Numbered from the stretch's first letter, positions 22,112 to 31,398 are shown. The stretch: DNA of 64,000 nucleotides from Clostridia bacterium (GCA_900754285.1 CAAECB010000080.1:1797-65796); one strand, 5' to 3'. Notes: generated by a model from the letters alone, not told the origin. Made by a program: numbers and translations.

Positions 22112-23719
22112 TTAATCAATTATATTTAATGGTATATTTGCATCATTTGCAAAATTTTGTAAATTTTGCTCAGCCGTAAGTTTTGTTACCACTGCATTTG
22201 ATGTGTCTATATATTTAATATGCATTTCTTTGCCACAAGCCATTGAAACCAATTTAGTTAATTCTTTTACATTTTCTTGTTTTTCTAAAACTGTTTTTCC
22301 AAAAGGTGTTAAACCTTTTGAAAATTCAATACCTACTGTCATATCATTTATTTCTTTTGCTTGTGTATTTATTAAATTTGTATATAAAACAATTCTTCCA
22401 TTGTTTTTTAAACTTCCTAATATATTAGGCCATGCCTTAGCAATACCTTCACTTGATGCTTTTATTTTTATTTCTGGTCTTATTGATACATTTTTTTGTG
22501 TATTATTTGTTCTTAAATTATTAGCCTGCACATTATTTACCACAACACTATTTGCTTGACTACTAGGCATTTGTACTGTTTGACTAACTCCTGCTGGAGC
22601 TTGAGTTGTATAAACCACTTGTTGTACTTGTGTAAATTCTTCTGGCTTAGCACATAATTTTATCATCTCTGCTTGGAAAACTACACTCTTTTGATTAGAC
22701 CATTTTATCCTGCTTTGTAATTCAGACAATTGATATATTAATTGTACTAATCTCATTTTAGGAACTTCAATAGATATATTTTTTATTTGTTCTAATTCGT
22801 TTTGATTATATAAATCTAATTTTTTTGTACTTTGGAATACTAATATATCTTTTACATATTTAATCATTTCAAATAAAAAATTATCTAAATCTTTTCCCTG
22901 ATTTAAAATATCATTTGTACTTTGTATTGTGTTTTCAACATTATATTCAATTATAGCTTTTACAATGTTATTAACAAAATCAAATTTAGGAATTCCTACT
23001 AAATCTTTTATTTTATCTTCATCTATTTTGTTTTCTCCATCTTGTATGCATCTTTCCAAAATAGATAATGCATCTCTCATTGCTCCCTCTGACAAAACCG
23101 CTATAATTTGAAGTGCTCCTTCTGTTATTTCTATATTGCTTTCTTCGCAAACAATTTTTAATCTTTTTATTATATCTTCATTTGATATTCTTTTAAAATC
23201 AAATCTTTGACATCTTGATAAAATTGTTGCTGGCAATTTTTGTGGTTCTGTTGTTGCTAAAATAAATTTTACATGTTCTGGTGGTTCTTCTAATGTTTTT
23301 AATAGTGCATTGAATGCTGCTATTGAAAGCATATGAACCTCATCTATTATATATACTCTATATTTTGCTTTTGTTGGTAAAAAATTTACTTCTTCTCTTA
23401 TACTTCTAACATCTTCAACACCATTATTAGAGGCTGCATCCATTTCTACAATATCTGTTAAAGACCCATTTATTGCTGCTTTGCAGATTTCACATTCATT
23501 ACATGGCTCTCCATCTTTTGGATTTAAGCAATTTATTGCTCTTGCCAAAATTTTTGCAGATGATGTTTTTCCTGTTCCTCTTCCTCCATTAAACAAATAT
23601 GCATGGCCTACTCTATTAGCCATAATTTGATTTCTTAGTGTTCTTGTTATATGTTCTTGACCAACCATTTCTCCAAAAGTCATTGGTCTAAATTTTCTAT
23701 AAAGAGCTGTGTACCCCAC
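22112..23719 (-). CDS. dnaX: DNA polymerase III subunit gamma/tau (start revised to GTG 23719)
   Basis: ALYRKFRPMTFGEMVGQEH..GGRGTGKTSSAKILA..zinc module CNECEIC..DEVHMLS. The first 23 codons of the track ORF overlap the SRP RNA and are not DnaX-like. Confidence 0.9.
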   Translation of the reverse strand: MGYTALYRKFRPMTFGEMVGQEHITRTLRNQIMANRVGHAYLFNGGRGTGKTSSAKILARAINCLNPKDGEPCNECEICKAAINGSLTDIVEMDAASNNGVEDVRSIREEVNFLPTKAKYRVYIIDEVHMLSIAAFNALLKTLEEPPEHVKFILATTEPQKLPATILSRCQRFDFKRISNEDIIKRLKIVCEESNIEITEGALQIIAVLSEGAMRDALSILERCIQDGENKIDEDKIKDLVGIPKFDFVNNIVKAIIEYNVENTIQSTNDILNQGKDLDNFLFEMIKYVKDILVFQSTKKLDLYNQNELEQIKNISIEVPKMRLVQLIYQLSELQSRIKWSNQKSVVFQAEMIKLCAKPEEFTQVQQVVYTTQAPAGVSQTVQMPSSQANSVVVNNVQANNLRTNNTQKNVSIRPEIKIKASSEGIAKAWPNILGSLKNNGRIVLYTNLINTQAKEINDMTVGIEFSKGLTPFGKTVLEKQENVKELTKLVSMACGKEMHIKYIDTSNAVVTKLTAEQNLQNFANDANIPLNIID

Positions 23720-23748
23720 TCCTATCACATCCTTTATACAACAAAAAT

Positions 23749-23880
23749 GGTAAGGTCTTAATCTCTCTATAGAGAGCACTCCACACAAAAGTATCTACTT
23801 ATTGCTGCTTCCTTCCGGATCTGACAAGGTTCATAGGCTCCTGTCGGATTACTCTCTATACAAAGATTAAATCCTTTACC
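23749..23880 (-). ncRNA. ffs: signal recognition particle RNA (small/4.5S-like), approximate ends
   Basis: Minus strand reads ..CCUUGUCAGAUCCGGAAGGAAGCAGCAAUAAG.., the conserved domain IV. 5' GGUAAAGG.. pairs with 3' ..CCUUACC. Canonical position upstream of dnaX. Confidence 0.75.
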
Positions 23881-23926
23881 ATCTGTATTATATACTGATT
23901 TATAATTTTTGGCAAGTACTTTTTCA

Positions 23927-24697
23927 TTATTCTTTTATTCTTTTAAAAACATATTTGCTCATATCCGTAAATTCTTTTGATGCTGTCCCATTTTCTATAA
24001 CATCTTCTAATGGTAATTCTAACGGAATTGAAGCTTTATATATTTTACCAGAATCTAATTTTATTGAAATATCAAATTTGATATTTATTTTTAAATCTTC
24101 TAAAGAAATATTTGCCTTTTTTAATAATTCATTATGATTAATTTGTTCATCATTTGCTACATAATTTGCAATATCACAATTACTACAGCGGAAAACCATA
24201 ATTCCACCTTGATTTGTGATTTTCATTTCTTTCATATCTGCTTTTTCTGCTACTTCATATTTTAAGTCTTTTGTAATATTTTCTTCTACATTAGAAAATA
24301 TCGCATTTGGATTTTCAATATCTGGCCTAAATATTTTTAGTGTTCCTTTTTCATTTTCTTTACTGACTTCTATATTATCTATATTTATTTCTTTTATAGT
24401 TTCTTTCTTTTCTGATTCATTGTATTCTGGATTTTTGTCTACATATAAATATATATCATTATCCTGGTCTATTGTAAAATTCCATTGATTTCCTTCTACT
24501 TTTTCTTCTTTATCATTTCCTTGTGCTGAACTTATTATTGATATTTTTGAAAGTATATATGGCATATTTGTTTCGCCTTCTACTTCATATTTTACACTTG
24601 TTATCCAAACTGCAAATATTACAATAAATATAATAAATAATAAAATCCCTATGTGAAAAAATTTATTGTTTGTTATTCTTTTTATATCAAATTTCAT
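23927..24697 (-). CDS. hypothetical membrane-anchored protein
   Basis: ORF track. N-terminal TM FFHIGILLFIIFIVIFAVWI. No family recognised. Confidence 0.5.
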   Translation of the reverse strand: MKFDIKRITNNKFFHIGILLFIIFIVIFAVWITSVKYEVEGETNMPYILSKISIISSAQGNDKEEKVEGNQWNFTIDQDNDIYLYVDKNPEYNESEKKETIKEINIDNIEVSKENEKGTLKIFRPDIENPNAIFSNVEENITKDLKYEVAEKADMKEMKITNQGGIMVFRCSNCDIANYVANDEQINHNELLKKANISLEDLKINIKFDISIKLDSGKIYKASIPLELPLEDVIENGTASKEFTDMSKYVFKRIKE

Positions 24698-25178
24698 TAT
24701 TTATCACATTCCCTTCTTTTTTCTTTTGCTTTGCTAATCGCAAGTCTTTAAAAAAGTCTTTTAGTATTTGCTCACATTCTTCTTCTAACACTCCTGATTC
24801 ATATTCTACTTTGTGATTAAATGTGTAATCTTCTAGTAAATTAAAAACAGAACCTATTGCTCCTGTTTTTAAATCATGTGTTCCATAATATATTTTTTTT
24901 ATTCTTGATTGTATTATCGCTCCTGCACACATTGCACATGGCTCTAATGTTACATACATCTCACAATCTAATAATCTCCATGATTGTAATTTTTTACTTG
25001 CTTTTTGTATTGCTATTATTTCTGCATGTTTTGTTGTGTCTGTTTTACTTTCTTTTAAGTTATGCCCTCTTGCTATTATTTTTCCATCTTTTACTATTAC
25101 ACATCCTACTGGTACTTCTAGTTTTTCATATGCTTTTTTGGCTTCTTTTAACGCTTCTTTCATGAATTTTTCTTGCAT
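24687..25178 (-). CDS. tadA: tRNA-specific adenosine-34 deaminase (start taken at M10; track ORF extends to 25205)
   Basis: CDA motifs HAEIIAI and TLEPCAMCAGAI. RBS aaggaaag precedes ATG 25178. Conserved tadA-ffs-dnaX neighbourhood. Confidence 0.9.
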   Translation of the reverse strand: MQEKFMKEALKEAKKAYEKLEVPVGCVIVKDGKIIARGHNLKESKTDTTKHAEIIAIQKASKKLQSWRLLDCEMYVTLEPCAMCAGAIIQSRIKKIYYGTHDLKTGAIGSVFNLLEDYTFNHKVEYESGVLEEECEQILKDFFKDLRLAKQKKKEGNVINNEI

Positions 25179-25250
25179 TTTTTGCTTTCCTTTCCAATAG
25201 CGCATTTTATAATATTAAAATTTTTCATCTAGCCATTTTCTTACTTTTTC

Positions 25251-25263
25251 TTGGTGTTCCCAG
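25251..25263. repeat. prophage attachment site (left), TTGGTGTTCCCAG
   Basis: Identical 13-mer at 63613-63625, which overlaps the last 12 nt of tRNA-Arg. Lies between tadA and the first phage-like gene. Confidence 0.7.
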
Positions 25264-25394
25264 CCATTTTTATATAATTTATACAAATTTCTAAATGCTA
25301 GGAACAAACATATACTTAATATTTTAAACCTTTTTAAACTTTTGCAATTTTCTAATAACTCTATAAAACTTTTTCTATTGCATTAATTATTGCA

Positions 25395-25658
25395 TTACCT
25401 TATCATTTTATTTACAGTATTTATTCTGACTAAATTTACAACTTTATTAAAAGTTTTATTAAATACATTTACAATTAATTTTTCTTTCCAATTTAATTCT
25501 TCTGTTAGTTCATTTACTACTATTTCTTTTGCTTCTTTCATAAAAAATCCCTTCCTTTGCAAATTTTTATTATTTGCAATAAAGAGGTTATATTGTAGTC
25601 TTATTATACCCTTTTCTTCATTTTTTGTAAATACCTTTTTTTCTTTTTTGTTTTTCAT
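25395..25658 (-). CDS. hypothetical prophage-end (moron region) protein
   Basis: ORF track. RBS aaagagggg upstream of the ATG. Basic 87-aa protein, no family recognised. Confidence 0.45.
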   Translation of the reverse strand: MKNKKEKKVFTKNEEKGIIRLQYNLFIANNKNLQRKGFFMKEAKEIVVNELTEELNWKEKLIVNVFNKTFNKVVNLVRINTVNKMIR

Positions 25659-25755
25659 AAATAAAAACCCCTCTTTCGTAAATATAATTTGACAATTTAC
25701 TCGTAAGAGGTTATACTTAATTTACAGTTAACTCTTTTGAGTAAATTGTTTGTGG

Positions 25756-25795
25756 AAAAGAGATGTATTAGATTTGCGGTCCGTGCATCTCTTTT
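25756..25795. terminator. 10-bp-stem hairpin, terminator-like
   Basis: aaaagagatg (25756-25765) / catctctttt (25786-25795), T-rich 3' flank on the plus strand. Lies between two minus-strand moron genes. Confidence 0.45.
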
Positions 25796-25893
25796 TTCTT
25801 ATTATACCAGATTTATTTTCTATGTCAAAACCCGTTTTCGACAAAAAAAGCCTGTATGTATTGAAAATACTACAAACTTTTTTTCAGATTTTT

Positions 25894-26238
25894 TTATTGT
25901 TCCAAATTCGTTCTACTTCTAAGCTCATGCCAATTTACTCCTGATATATATTTTATGCTTTCTGATGACAATAATTTATTTTTCTTTGCATATTTATTCC
26001 ATTCCTGTATTGTTGGAAATTTTTCTTTTTTTCTTGTTATCTCTTTCAAACATTTTATAGACTCTTCATACTTTAAATATACAAAATTATCTTTTGGATA
26101 TTGCACTTCTTTTTTATAATATTCATTTAATACTTCATCAAAACGTTTACTTACTTTCTTTGTTTCTTTTGAATTTAATCCATACTTTTCTACAATTGCA
26201 TCTAGTTTATTTCTTATTCTCTTTAATCTTTCTTTCAT
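25894..26238 (-). CDS. Spo0E-like aspartyl-phosphate phosphatase domain fused to a C-terminal domain of unknown function
   Basis: N-terminus LKRIRNKLDAIVEKYGLNSKETKKVSKRFDEVLNEYY resembles the Spo0E/YnzD family helix-hairpin (..SQELDxLIxxY). RBS acggagag. Extended -10 tgatataat upstream. Confidence 0.5.
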   Translation of the reverse strand: MKERLKRIRNKLDAIVEKYGLNSKETKKVSKRFDEVLNEYYKKEVQYPKDNFVYLKYEESIKCLKEITRKKEKFPTIQEWNKYAKKNKLLSSESIKYISGVNWHELRSRTNLEQ

Positions 26239-26368
26239 CTTTTCTCTCCGTCTTTTGTTTTTTTCATATTATATCATACTATTTATATAAAGATGCGTAG
26301 TGTAAAGCTGTATTAGTAAATTTTATGTCGAAATATGTTGTAAATTATACTTTTAGTTTGAATTTTTA

Positions 26369-26397
26369 TTGACTTTTATATTTTCTTTTGATATTAT
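26369..26397 (+). promoter_or_regulatory. sigma-A-type promoter of small hydrophobic-peptide gene
   Basis: -35 TTGACT (26369-26374), 17-nt spacer, TG-extended -10 TGaTATTAT (26389-26397). Confidence 0.6.
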
Positions 26398-26410
26398 ATT
26401 TTTATCGTTT

Positions 26411-26532
26411 GGCACTCACCATGACAGCTTAGTTGTATTAAGTAGCAACTAGTTGTTATGCAAATATTAATTTAGTTGCTACTATCATGCAACTAGGGAT
26501 TAGACCTTATTTGCAATACGAGGAGGTGAGTG
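26411..26532 (+). promoter_or_regulatory. structured 5' leader that can sequester the Shine-Dalgarno sequence
   Basis: cactcacc (26413-26420) is the exact complement of ggtgagtg (26525-26532), which overlaps the SD aggaggtgag. Internal 11-12 bp hairpin agtagcaacta (26441-26451) / tagttgctact (26473-26483). Alternative partner gcaacta at 26489-26495. Confidence 0.55.
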
Positions 26533-26534
26533 AA

Positions 26535-26741
26535 TTGGAAACTCTTTTAGTGATAACAGTTATAATCTTTTCTTTAGGCTTTTTATTTGAAAAAGTCACA
26601 AACTTTTTCAAGGAAATGAAATCTGGTTCTGCCAAATTGGCTAAAGGATTCGAAGCCAGGCTATCATTTGTTCCAATCGATAGCAAAAAAAGTGAAGTAA
26701 GTGCCACTAACACAAACTCCACAAACGATAACATAGATTAG
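26535..26741 (+). CDS. small hydrophobic peptide (68 aa, N-terminal TM), type I toxin-like or holin-like
   Basis: TTG start 7 nt after AGGAGGT. (M)ETLLVITVIIFSLGFLFEKV.. then a charged/polar tail. The track ORF starts at upstream ATG 26487, which lacks an RBS. Confidence 0.55.
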   Translation: METLLVITVIIFSLGFLFEKVTNFFKEMKSGSAKLAKGFEARLSFVPIDSKKSEVSATNTNSTNDNID

Positions 26742-26754
26742 CAAACTAATCTGT

Positions 26755-26779
26755 AAGGAGCTTTGCTCCTTATTTTTTA
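26755..26779 (+). terminator. rho-independent terminator
   Basis: aaggagc-ttt-gctcctt followed by atttttta. Confidence 0.8.
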
Positions 26780-26799
26780 TTATATTCATTAATTGTATT

Positions 26800-26930
26800 T
26801 TTATCACATGTATTCCTAGAATGTCAAGTTTTTTATCTAATGTTACAAAAAAGTTAATTTTTTGTAATGAAATTGTAACATTTCTTTTTCTTCCTGTCAA
26901 TATTATAACACAAATTTTATGTAATTTCAA
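26800..26930 (-). promoter_or_regulatory. three tandem sigma-A-type promoters firing antisense into the small-peptide gene
   Basis: Minus strand: TTGAAA(26930-26925)-17-TATAAT(26907-26902) with TGt. TTGACA(26900-26895)-17-TACAAT(26877-26872). TTGACA(26828-26823)-17-GATAAA(26805-26800). Confidence 0.5.
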
Positions 26931-27118
26931 GCAAAAAATTGCCTAATTTCAGCCAATTTTTGACCTTTTAAAATCAATTTTAAGCTATTTTATTTTTTAT
27001 TTAATGTAGTTATATACCTTGGTTTTTCGGTATTTTTGATAATTTTATAGTTAATGACAAAATTCGACAACATTTTCATTTTTTATGTGATATAGTGTGA
27101 AAAAAAGGAGGTATTTAT

Positions 27119-27421
27119 ATGCGACATTTACATATTATAAGTAATGAAAATATTAAAGAATATGAAACATTATTAGAACTTTACAAAAATAAGGACTTCT
27201 CAACTGTTAGAAATGAAAAAGAAAAGGAAATTGAAGAAGATATTCTTAAAGAACTTATACAGCAAAAGCCTATAATTGGTAAACTTTTGGCAAATGACAC
27301 AACTAATTATTTATCAAGATTAAATGAAATGGATTCAACAATTGAAGGATTTCCTACTTTAATTAACACTATGCAAAATTATCTTCAAACTAATATTACT
27401 ATAATTAAAGAAGCAAAATAA
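27119..27421 (+). CDS. hypothetical moron protein
   Basis: ORF track. Strong RBS aaaggaggt 8 nt upstream. TTCGACAACATT motif at 27063-27074 in its promoter region. Confidence 0.5.
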   Translation: MRHLHIISNENIKEYETLLELYKNKDFSTVRNEKEKEIEEDILKELIQQKPIIGKLLANDTTNYLSRLNEMDSTIEGFPTLINTMQNYLQTNITIIKEAK

Positions 27422-27447
27422 AGGGACTTTTTACAGCTCCTTTTATT

Positions 27448-28842
27448 TTACATCTTTATGCAATAACTTAATGCAATCCATCCACTTGGAGTTAAACCAA
27501 ATCCATTTTGAATTTTAGTAACTGTTGTTATTACTCCTCGTTTTAATCCATTGGTATATTGACTTCCTAATTTTTTATTCTGATATCTTGCATTAGATGT
27601 TAATTGTTTATAACTCTTTATTTTATAATTTGTGCCAGGGCCTGTACGAACATTTAATACATTTGCATTAACTCTATATGTTCCTGTAGTATATTTTTGA
27701 ACTGTTTCATTTTTGGCAACATCTATATATCTAGTTGTATAAGCTAATGAAATCCATCCTAAGTTTGTTTTTCCAAAGTTGTTTGACTCTGCTAATACAG
27801 TTACTATTGAGCCTTTTGCATATCCACCAACTCTTGAGTATGATGTACTAGCTCCACTTCTTATATTCAAACCACCATTTGCCGTTACCTTAACTTGATA
27901 ATTTACTTTGTTTATATTAGATTCCACTTTATCTGTCACTATTGTTGTAGTTGTATTTTCTTTTGTGTCTGTTCTATCATTTTTGAAACAGAAAAATTTT
28001 TGATAATTTGCATACTCTCTAAAATTCTCTATTGATACATATACTGTATTACTATTTACTGTTGCTAATCCTCTACGGCTAGATACATCAAATTTTCCAT
28101 TATACAAATATGGATCATATACTTTTATATAATCTCCTTCTATTCCTACAAGAACAATGAAATGTCCTCCGTATGTAAATAAACCTTGATTACAACTTGT
28201 TATTATGTAATTATTATCTTTTAATTTTGTTACTGCATCATCTAATTTATAACATTCACTGTACCCAATATCAAATATATCAGCTGTCCACTTAAAAGCG
28301 CTCCAATATGTTCCTTGATTTGCACTTCTATAACCATATTTTGTATATAATTCTGCCATTGTGTCTGGTGTTATATTTCCTTTTATGCTAGACACTACCA
28401 TTGCTGCTGATGTTGGTCCACATCCACTTGAACCTATTGTTTGTGATTTATTTTCTATGCTAGAATACATTTTACTAGACCATCTATTATCTAATTGTGA
28501 ATAATATGTTAAACCTGCATATTCTCCTAGTTGAACATTTGGTGCTTTTTCTGAACCATTATATGCTACTATTCCTTGCTCTTCAAACCCTTCTGACTCT
28601 GTTTCTTGAACTTCTAGACTTTGCTCGTCTGTTTCTGTTAGATTTGGTATCTCTGTACTAGATTTATTTATTTCATCTACTACTGTACTTATGGCTTCTG
28701 ATATCTTATTTGTATCAACTTGTCCAGTTTCATTATATTCTAAATAAACATTTAACAATATAGATACTGATACTAATATTGCTACTATCAAGCTTATTGT
28801 TTTTGTTTTACTTTTAAATATTTCTTTTAATTTATTTTTCAA
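27448..28842 (-). CDS. endolysin: signal-anchor + C39-like papain-fold cysteine peptidase + two SH3b domains
   Basis: TM TISLIVAILVSVSILLNVYL. Catalytic-Cys context SSGCGPTSAAMVV and His context YGGHFIVLVG. Two SH3_3-like repeats (LNIRSGASTSYSRVGGY.., LNVRTGPGTNYKIK..). Confidence 0.75.
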   Translation of the reverse strand: MKNKLKEIFKSKTKTISLIVAILVSVSILLNVYLEYNETGQVDTNKISEAISTVVDEINKSSTEIPNLTETDEQSLEVQETESEGFEEQGIVAYNGSEKAPNVQLGEYAGLTYYSQLDNRWSSKMYSSIENKSQTIGSSGCGPTSAAMVVSSIKGNITPDTMAELYTKYGYRSANQGTYWSAFKWTADIFDIGYSECYKLDDAVTKLKDNNYIITSCNQGLFTYGGHFIVLVGIEGDYIKVYDPYLYNGKFDVSSRRGLATVNSNTVYVSIENFREYANYQKFFCFKNDRTDTKENTTTTIVTDKVESNINKVNYQVKVTANGGLNIRSGASTSYSRVGGYAKGSIVTVLAESNNFGKTNLGWISLAYTTRYIDVAKNETVQKYTTGTYRVNANVLNVRTGPGTNYKIKSYKQLTSNARYQNKKLGSQYTNGLKRGVITTVTKIQNGFGLTPSGWIALSYCIKM

Positions 28843-28854
28843 TTTTCTCCCCTC

Positions 28855-29139
28855 CTAATCAATTATTTCAAATTCTTTTACTTTTTCCATTAATGCTTCT
28901 ATAAACGAATTACCTCGCAATTTAAAATATATTTCTGCACTATGCTGTATGCTTTCTAATTCATAATGTGTTATCTTTTTATCTTCTTTACATCTATCAT
29001 ATATAGTCAATATGTCATTTCTTAAGCTACACTTTGTTGCTTCTATCATTGACATGCAAAAGCTAAACATTCCGATCGAAAATGTTCCCAGAAATGTAAT
29101 TAGAAACCAATAATCTTTTAAAAATTCTAATACTTGCAC
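28855..29139 (-). CDS. putative holin (single TM)
   Basis: 94 aa. TM WFLITFLGTFSIGMFSFCMSMI. Sits immediately upstream of the endolysin. Confidence 0.4.
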   Translation of the reverse strand: MQVLEFLKDYWFLITFLGTFSIGMFSFCMSMIEATKCSLRNDILTIYDRCKEDKKITHYELESIQHSAEIYFKLRGNSFIEALMEKVKEFEIID

Positions 29140-30977
29140 TATCCTTCCTCCTTTGTAGCTTGTAAACTATTTATTAATTTGCTTATGTCTGCTACTGCTT
29201 CTACATCAAAAACTGGACTTACTTCATCTGTTGAATAAATATGTGTTGTATCTTCATAACTAGTTGCTTTCTGTATTTCTTTTGCTACTGCTTTTTGTTC
29301 ATCTGTAAATGGTATCCTTGTTTCTGCTGCTGTTTTATAATATACAACTACTGGTGTTCCTGCATCATATTGAGCCTTTAGCCATGCTTTAAATTCTACG
29401 ATACTACTCCATTTCGAATTAACATCTGTAACAGCTATGTACCAATTATTCGGTTCTACTTGTAGAAATATTGATAAGTCTCCATTTATAAATTGTGTTA
29501 TTTCAAAATGAGTAGAATACCCTTTTCCATATTTTTCTGTTTCTTTGAAAGGTACATTTTCTGTTAATGCCAAACCAAACCTTCTTGAAATATTTGTACC
29601 AGCTGAATACAATTGCCAATTTTCTGTTCCATTTAATATGATTTTTTTCCATCCATGCACTTCTTCTTCATTATTCCAATCAAAATAGTCATCTGTTAGC
29701 ATTTCTTTCTGTACTGGCATAATATACTCTTGTTTTTGTGTCTTGTCAGATTTTTCTAATATTATTTTAGTACAGCCTTGATTATATTTACTATATTCTC
29801 CTGCCTCTGTCCCCTCAACCATCTTAACTGTATAATCCACATAATCGTTTGCATTACAATCACTGCCTCGCGTTGCATAAAACCATATGAACAAATATCT
29901 ATTACTATCATTTATAGTATCTGCTACTTTATATTGCAATGTAATTACACCGTCTGTTGTATTCTGAGTTTCATCATATTTTTCATTTGATTTTGTTCCA
30001 GTATAATCCGTATTATTTTGTCTTAATACTAAAAATCCTTTGTTTGTGCTTGTACTAGATTTTACTTTTGTTTTTAAAGTTAGTGTTTTACCTGCATAAT
30101 TTGTTAGATCCATTATTTTAAAACCTACTGCACTATTAGAATTTTTCGAGCTTGTCGCAATTATTCTAAAATTAGTACTGTCAGTAATTTCTACACTAGC
30201 TTCATTAAAGTTTCTATAATCATACTTTGTAATATCAAATATATTTATATTACTACCAACAGTTTTTATTGGACTTTGATAGTCTGGTGAAGGACTTGCT
30301 CCGTGTTGTTCGTAAGCTTTATTTTCTTTTCCTTCATATATCGCAACTTCTGTTACTGTTTTATTTACATATGTAGAGTCTGTATAAATATAACAGTTAA
30401 TAGCATTTGATATATCCACTGTATTTTGAAATGAACTTCCAAATGTTTTATTTAGAATTTGTCCCATACTATCTGTTATTACAAATGCAGCATGTGCTCC
30501 TGAAAATATGTTTCCATCAGAAAATTTGCCATGTAAATAATAGTATTTATTAACTTCCATCTTTGGAATATTTTCTTTTCCTAACCACTTGATTGTATTT
30601 CCACTACTTGATGTCGTATATGGTAAATTAGCATTTAATAGATTATACCCTTCTCTTGTTTCCTGCTTTACATTTCCACCAACTTTAAACTTTCTAAATC
30701 GCACATTCTTTGCTGTATTATTTAATGTTATATTTTCTCCTTGACTGTTTACAGACGGCATTATATTGCTTATGTTTCTTAAGTTTTCTATCTCTTCTTG
30801 TAACTCTGATATACTATTATCTTGTTCTATGTTTTTCTTTGAGACTTGTTCTGTATTGTCATCTATTTTATCCCAATTTTCATTAAGTGTTTTTTCAATA
30901 TCAAAATCACTTTCTAAATCTATTTCATTTGATGTATCCCATTTAAACAATTTTAATTTTTCTGTTTCTGTTGACAT
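29139..30977 (-). CDS. tail fibre / receptor-binding protein (start taken at M13, RBS aaaggaggag)
   Basis: Position after the tail tip gene. N-terminal coiled-coil fibre-like region (MSTETEKLKLFKWD..ELQEEIENLRNI). Track ORF extends to 31013. Confidence 0.55.
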   Translation of the reverse strand: MSTETEKLKLFKWDTSNEIDLESDFDIEKTLNENWDKIDDNTEQVSKKNIEQDNSISELQEEIENLRNISNIMPSVNSQGENITLNNTAKNVRFRKFKVGGNVKQETREGYNLLNANLPYTTSSSGNTIKWLGKENIPKMEVNKYYYLHGKFSDGNIFSGAHAAFVITDSMGQILNKTFGSSFQNTVDISNAINCYIYTDSTYVNKTVTEVAIYEGKENKAYEQHGASPSPDYQSPIKTVGSNINIFDITKYDYRNFNEASVEITDSTNFRIIATSSKNSNSAVGFKIMDLTNYAGKTLTLKTKVKSSTSTNKGFLVLRQNNTDYTGTKSNEKYDETQNTTDGVITLQYKVADTINDSNRYLFIWFYATRGSDCNANDYVDYTVKMVEGTEAGEYSKYNQGCTKIILEKSDKTQKQEYIMPVQKEMLTDDYFDWNNEEEVHGWKKIILNGTENWQLYSAGTNISRRFGLALTENVPFKETEKYGKGYSTHFEITQFINGDLSIFLQVEPNNWYIAVTDVNSKWSSIVEFKAWLKAQYDAGTPVVVYYKTAAETRIPFTDEQKAVAKEIQKATSYEDTTHIYSTDEVSPVFDVEAVADISKLINSLQATKEEG

Positions 30978-30990
30978 ATTCTCCTCCTTT

Positions 30991-31398
30991 CTAGCTTGCT
31001 GCAACATATACAAGAGTTGCTAATATTTGTGCCACATTTTGAGTACTACCAGAATTTTGATATATTTCAACCTCTCCTGTCGTTCTAATTTGCATATATG
31101 AATTAGGTATAAAATTATATGAAGCATTTTTTATTACAGCATGTCCTGCTACTAACTTACCTGGTCTATATTTTTCTTCTAATGTAGTTAATGCATATGC
31201 TTTATTATTTGCTAAATTTGAAATACTTACTGTATATGCCATATTCATTACAACTAAACGGCCTATTTTATAGAATGTTGTTCCTAATGAATTTGTTGTT
31301 GAATTTACATCTATTTCTTTTGCTATATTATTTTGAAATGTATCAAACATGGCTTTATTTAACTTTGTTGTTCCATTTTGAAAATCAATCTTTTCCAT
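30991..31398 (-). CDS. hypothetical tail-associated protein
   Basis: ORF track. Lies between the tail tip protein and the fibre. Confidence 0.4.
   Translation of the reverse strand: MEKIDFQNGTTKLNKAMFDTFQNNIAKEIDVNSTTNSLGTTFYKIGRLVVMNMAYTVSISNLANNKAYALTTLEEKYRPGKLVAGHAVIKNASYNFIPNSYMQIRTTGEVEIYQNSGSTQNVAQILATLVYVAAS

Noticed and set aside
23720-23788. N-terminal 23-codon extension of the dnaX ORF in the track
   Set aside because: The extension overlaps the SRP RNA gene and is not DnaX-like. The conserved ALYRKFRP start region follows GTG 23719.
24687-25263. Tempting functional link between tadA (tRNA-Arg editing) next to the prophage and the CGG phenomenon
   Set aside because: tadA-ffs-dnaX is a conserved housekeeping arrangement, and the phage targets the neighbouring tRNA-Arg(CCU), which reads AGG rather than CGG. 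Adjacency is most simply coincidental. TadA matters only as background: I34 does not read CGG.
26483-26494. 12-nt identity TATCATGCAACT shared with 49804-49815, linking the toxin-like leader to the packaging-region non-coding island
   Set aside because: Many chance 12-mer matches are expected in 64 kb of AT-rich DNA, and the flanks do not align.
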